Positions 60,657-64,000 of a stretch of 64,000 bases of DNA are shown piece by piece; positions within the stretch are counted from its first letter, which is position 1; every line of letters starts with the position of its first letter. Below the pieces are notes generated by a model. That model had not been told where the DNA came from, searched no databases, and worked only from the letters and a program-made list of their open reading frames with translations. The DNA lies in NCBI GenBank assembly GCA_963774555.1, contig CAVZFL010000001.1, forward strand, positions 357,127 through 421,126. Reading direction: 5' to 3'. The translations under genes and the position numbers were made by a program. The stretch comes from an uncultured Solirubrobacterales bacterium. GTDB taxonomy: Bacteria > Actinomycetota > Thermoleophilia > Solirubrobacterales > 70-9.

Positions 60657-61026
60657 CACCTGGGCGCTGCTGGCGCATCTGCGCGATGAGCCGGCCGCCG
60701 AGCGGGTCCGCCGGGAGTGGATCGACAAAGGCGCGGCCATGTGCTCGGTCAACTTGGGCGAGGCGCTCTACCTGGAGATGCGCGCACGCGGCGTGGCTGG
60801 TGCCGGTGATGCGATCGAGGATGCGCGGCGAGAGCTGAAGCTCACCGAGCCGGACTGGGAGCTGGTCAAGGTCGCAGCCGAAGTCAAGGCAGTGGGCGGC
60901 CTGTCATTTGCCGACGCCTTTTGCATCGCAACGGCAAAGCGGTGCGACGCACCGCTTTGGACAGGCGATCCGGAGATCATCGATCTGGCCGATCGACTCG
61001 ACTGCGAGGTCGTTGACCTGCGATGA
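60640..61026 (+). CDS. vapC: PIN-domain toxin (VapC family)
   Basis: The TTG start at 60640 overlaps the vapB end. Sequence TIVLDTWALLAHLRDEPAA...SFADAFCIATAKRCDAPLWTGDPEI. Confidence 0.8.
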   Translation: MTIVLDTWALLAHLRDEPAAERVRREWIDKGAAMCSVNLGEALYLEMRARGVAGAGDAIEDARRELKLTEPDWELVKVAAEVKAVGGLSFADAFCIATAKRCDAPLWTGDPEIIDLADRLDCEVVDLR

Positions 61027-61176
61027 AGCGGGCAGCCGCCTGGCTTAACTCTTTGAGCGCCCGGTGTTCGCGCTCGACCCGGATCGGCCTGATCCGGCGG
61101 CTTCCTTGCGAATGATGGATCGCTTGCGTGCGTTTCTGCGCACCACGGGTGCGGTTGGGCTTGGCAGGATCGAGGC

Positions 61177-61674
61177 ATGGATAGACGCGCCGCTCAGGGG
61201 AATGAGGACATGGCTGCCCTTTACAAAGTTGCCTACGACGAGGCCGCACGCGCTCTTTCAGAGCAGTTCGCTCTGATCGACAGTTTCCGCTCTCGTGCCG
61301 GTCTATTGCTCTCGGCCGCCGCCCTCACCACGTCGTTCCTGGGCGCACAAGCGCTGCAGGGAAACACGCTGAGCCCGGTTGCATGGATGGCTCTTGCCTG
61401 CTTCGTCGGCGTTGCCGTGGTGTCATTGGCAATCCTTTGGCCACGTCGCTGGGAATTCTCGACCAGCCCCGACGAGCTGGTCCGAGACTACATCGAGGCC
61501 GAAGAGCCGCCTTCGCTCGATCGCCTGCATAGAAACCTCTCCCTCTACATGCATGACAGTCACTCCCGGAATTCGAAAGGCCTCAGTCATCTGGCCGCGC
61601 AATTTCAAATGGCCAGTGGACTCCTGACTGTTGAGGTGGTCCTATGGATTCTGTCGATCCCATCGACGACGTAG
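61177..61674 (+). CDS. small three-TM hypothetical membrane protein
   Basis: 165 aa. It has an N-terminal amphipathic helix, two close TM helices (GLLLSAAALTTSFLGAQAL, VAWMALACFVGVAVVSLAILW), a soluble stretch of about 55 aa, and a C-terminal TM. Confidence 0.5.
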   Translation: MDRRAAQGNEDMAALYKVAYDEAARALSEQFALIDSFRSRAGLLLSAAALTTSFLGAQALQGNTLSPVAWMALACFVGVAVVSLAILWPRRWEFSTSPDELVRDYIEAEEPPSLDRLHRNLSLYMHDSHSRNSKGLSHLAAQFQMASGLLTVEVVLWILSIPSTT

Positions 61675-61686
61675 AATCGAGATCCA

Positions 61687-61899
61687 ATGGACAGAAGCCC
61701 CCCGCACAAGCCGCGTCAGCCCCAGCCAGATGGCCCCAACCCCATGCAGGCCGAACCGGGTATCTGGATTCCCTTTTTCTCCCGCAGACGCGAGGCCCGC
61801 CGAGCGGACGAAGCGAAGGCCCGCCGCGACGAGCGAGGTGGGGTCCGACCAGATCCGCAGCGAGAAGGTCCGAACCCGATGCTGCGGCAGCGGTTCTGA
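61687..61899 (+). CDS. possible small Arg/Pro-rich protein
   Basis: 70-aa ORF with a strong third-position G/C bias and two GPNPM repeats near its ends. It lies between the 3-TM gene and dnaB. No family was recognised. Confidence 0.3.
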   Translation: MDRSPPHKPRQPQPDGPNPMQAEPGIWIPFFSRRREARRADEAKARRDERGGVRPDPQREGPNPMLRQRF

Positions 61900-62001
61900 T
61901 TCTCCGCAACTGGCGGGTTCGCCGTTCGCCGCGCCGCCCTCGTTTGACTACGTTGTCTGGTTCTAGGGTCTTCCGCCGCCCCAGACCGGACACTGAGACA
62001 G

Positions 62002-64000
62002 ATGGCTTCCGCTCCCACAGCCCACGTCCCGCCGCAGAACATCGAGGCGGAGGAATCGGTGCTGGGGGCGATGCTGGTCGCCGAGCCGACGCTGACCCGG
62101 GTGATCGACGAGGTGAAGCTGAACGCGGGCGACTTCTATCTCGAGAAGCACGCGGCGATCTTCACCTGCATCCACGATCTCTACGCGGCCTCCAAGCCGG
62201 TCGACGAGCTCAGCGTCAGCGAGGCGCTGACCCAGCGCAACCAGATCGAGGAGGCTGGCGGCAGGCACTACGTCTCCGAGCTGGCGGCAAAGGTGCCGGC
62301 GGCGGGCAACGCCAAGCATTACGCCGAGATCGTCCAGCAGAACTCGCTGCTGCGCCGCCTGCTCGGCGCCGGCCAGCAGATCCAGGGCTGGGTGCACGAG
62401 CGCGACGGCGAACCGCGCGAGCTCTCAGAGCGGGCCGAGAAGCTGCTCTTCGACGTCGCCCACAAAGAGCAGGCCAGCGACTTCAAACTCCTCTCCGAGA
62501 TCCTCCACGACGAGGTAGACCGCCTCGAGAAGCTCTCGACGGGGGAGCTGGAGCTGACGGGGACGCCCTCGGGGTTTCGGGACATTGATTCGATCACAGG
62601 AGGGTTTCAGCCGGGGAACTTGATCATCGTGGCTGCGAGGCCTGCTATGGGCAAGTGCCAATCAGCACAAAGTCTGGTTTACGATACCAGAACCGGCGCG
62701 CGGCGACGGGTCGACGATCTGTTCAAGGCGTACATGCGTGGCGAAGAGGTGTGGGTTGCTTCGCTGGGTCCGGACCTGAAGATGAAGCCGGCCAAGGTTG
62801 CGGCGATCGAGCCCAATGGGCGCAAGCGCGTATATCGGCTGACCACTCGTCTCGGCAGATGGACGGAGGCCACCGCAAATCACCCAGTGCTCACCAGCTC
62901 TGGATGGCAGGAGCTTGGTGATGTCGAACCGGGCACGAGGGTTGCGGTTCCGCGCCACCTACCTGTGCCAAGCCGGACAGCCGCGCTTCCCGATGCGGAG
63001 ATCGTTTTGCTTGGTGCGCTCATCGCGGATGGCTCGATTGGATGGGGAACCCCTGCCTACTGCTACGGCTCGGATTCGAAAGTTGCGCCGACGGTCGAGT
63101 CGGCTGCAGAGGAATACGGCGTTCGGTTTCAGCCCTCCATCGAGACGGATAAGGGGGCGTCCTATCTAAGCACCGGAGATCGCTCTACCCCTAACCCCGT
63201 GACAGAGATGCTTCGGCGCCATCGCCTCATAGGGTGCCGCTCCGCCGAGAAGTTCGTGCCTGATGCAATCTTCGGACTGAGCGACGAGCAGATTGCTCGG
63301 TTTCTGGGCGTCATGTACGCCTGTGATGGGCACGTCTACTGCAGCGACCGCTTGGCGCAGATCGGCTACACGACGATCAGCGAGCGACTTGCTCGGGATG
63401 TCCAGCACCTTTTGCTCAGGCTCGGCATCGTGGCGACGATTCGGACCTTGAAGCGACCCGTCTACGACGGCACCGGCAAAGTCGCGCGGGAGGTCCGCAT
63501 CACCTCCCAAGAGAGCCTCCGTCGCTTCTGCGAGTTGGTGAGTATCCCCGGCAAGGAGGAGAAACAGGCTGAGGTCTTGGAGCGGCTCGATGCTGCGCCC
63601 CGCTCGACCAACACCGACACCTTGCCGAAGGGGATCTGGGAGGACATCCTGCTCGCCAAGGGGGATCGATCCTGGGCCGATGTCAGCGAGGTAACCGGTC
63701 GGCTGCGCACTCACAACTGGCACGTTGGAAAGCGCGATCCTTCACGCGGACTTGTTGCCGAACTTACGACGGCCGTCGAATCTCCAGCCCTCGAGGAGCT
63801 CTGTGACTCCGACATCTGGTGGGACGAAGTGGCCTCGGTCGAGTACGGCGGCGAAGAAGAGACTTATGACCTCGACGTGCCCGGCCTGCGCAACTTCGTC
63901 GCTGACGACATCATCGTCCACAACAGCGCGATCGTCGCCAACATCGCCGAAAACGTGGCGGTCAAGCGGCAGCTGCCGGTTGCGTTCTTCTCGCTAGAGA
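62002..64000 (+). CDS. dnaB: replicative DNA helicase DnaB, intein-containing; runs off the right edge
   Basis: Not in the track (no stop in window). Hand translation gives MASAPTAHVPPQNIEAEESVLGAMLV...GFRDIDSITGGFQPGNLIIVAARPAMGK, then the intein, then SAIVANIAENVAVKRQLPVAFFSLE. Confidence 0.95.
   Translation, partial: MASAPTAHVPPQNIEAEESVLGAMLVAEPTLTRVIDEVKLNAGDFYLEKHAAIFTCIHDLYAASKPVDELSVSEALTQRNQIEEAGGRHYVSELAAKVPAAGNAKHYAEIVQQNSLLRRLLGAGQQIQGWVHERDGEPRELSERAEKLLFDVAHKEQASDFKLLSEILHDEVDRLEKLSTGELELTGTPSGFRDIDSITGGFQPGNLIIVAARPAMGKCQSAQSLVYDTRTGARRRVDDLFKAYMRGEEVWVASLGPDLKMKPAKVAAIEPNGRKRVYRLTTRLGRWTEATANHPVLTSSGWQELGDVEPGTRVAVPRHLPVPSRTAALPDAEIVLLGALIADGSIGWGTPAYCYGSDSKVAPTVESAAEEYGVRFQPSIETDKGASYLSTGDRSTPNPVTEMLRRHRLIGCRSAEKFVPDAIFGLSDEQIARFLGVMYACDGHVYCSDRLAQIGYTTISERLARDVQHLLLRLGIVATIRTLKRPVYDGTGKVAREVRITSQESLRRFCELVSIPGKEEKQAEVLERLDAAPRSTNTDTLPKGIWEDILLAKGDRSWADVSEVTGRLRTHNWHVGKRDPSRGLVAELTTAVESPALEELCDSDIWWDEVASVEYGGEEETYDLDVPGLRNFVADDIIVHNSAIVANIAENVAVKRQLPVAFFSLE
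62656..63924 (+). mobile_element. DnaB intein with LAGLIDADG homing-endonuclease domain, inserted in the Walker A P-loop
   Basis: It starts with Cys (CQSAQSLVYD) directly after GK of ARPAMGK. Block B is TANHPVL. LAGLIDADG motifs are LLGALIADGSI and FLGVMYACDGHV. It ends IIVHN, followed by the +1 Ser. Length is 1269 nt (423 codons), in frame. Confidence 0.9.

Noticed and set aside
61036-61062. Third copy of the family B element after vapC.
   Set aside because: Only the 5' core block is similar and it needs an indel. No matching 3' block or flanking perfect stem was found. It is mentioned as a possible degenerate fragment only.
61644-62588. 314-aa plus-strand ORF overlapping the dnaB 5' region.
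   Set aside because: It is in a different frame from the unmistakable DnaB N-terminal sequence starting at 62002 and has an Arg/Pro/Gly-rich composition.

Overview
Very GC-rich bacterial chromosome segment spanning the replication origin. The gene order is actinobacterial. On the minus strand: rodA, pstP, fhaB, fhaA and a Ser/Thr kinase, then pheA, then gyrA, gyrB, a DUF721 gene, recF, dnaN and dnaA. A DnaA-box cluster (candidate oriC) lies between dnaA and dnaN. Strand polarity then switches to rpmH-rnpA-yidD-yidC-jag-rsmG-parA-parB, with a parS site. A deep-branching Actinomycetota lineage (Thermoleophilia/Rubrobacteria-like) is only a guess.

Further right are housekeeping blocks: ddl, hemB, a fused siroheme decarboxylase and hemL; a Bacillus-style qcrABC; menG and a polyprenyl synthase; tatAC. 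After these come a giant MMPL transporter, a divergent AAA-ATPase/DUF234 gene, and six translationally coupled mce (MlaD-domain) genes with no yrbE permease genes. A toxin-antitoxin patch follows, then dnaB interrupted in its P-loop by a 423-codon LAGLIDADG intein (dnaB runs off the right edge).

Two tRNAs are present: Ile-GAT and Lys-CTT. There is no rRNA, CRISPR array, transposase or integrase.

Most notable points:
1. The permease-less mce six-pack next to the MMPL gene.
2. Several families of long, perfect GC-rich palindromic elements. Their cores are conserved while the stems co-vary, they are rich in GCGAAGC mini-hairpins, and one 45-nt copy sits in frame inside a CDS.
3. A roughly 1-kb mini-island at tRNA-Lys carrying a DUF4065 (Panacea-type) antitoxin gene.
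4. Five or six TA modules, with recognisable operators for hipB and the DUF4065 gene.
5. Many single-base frameshifts in clearly essential genes (gyrA, gyrB, recF and others). These most likely reflect indel errors in the assembly rather than biology.
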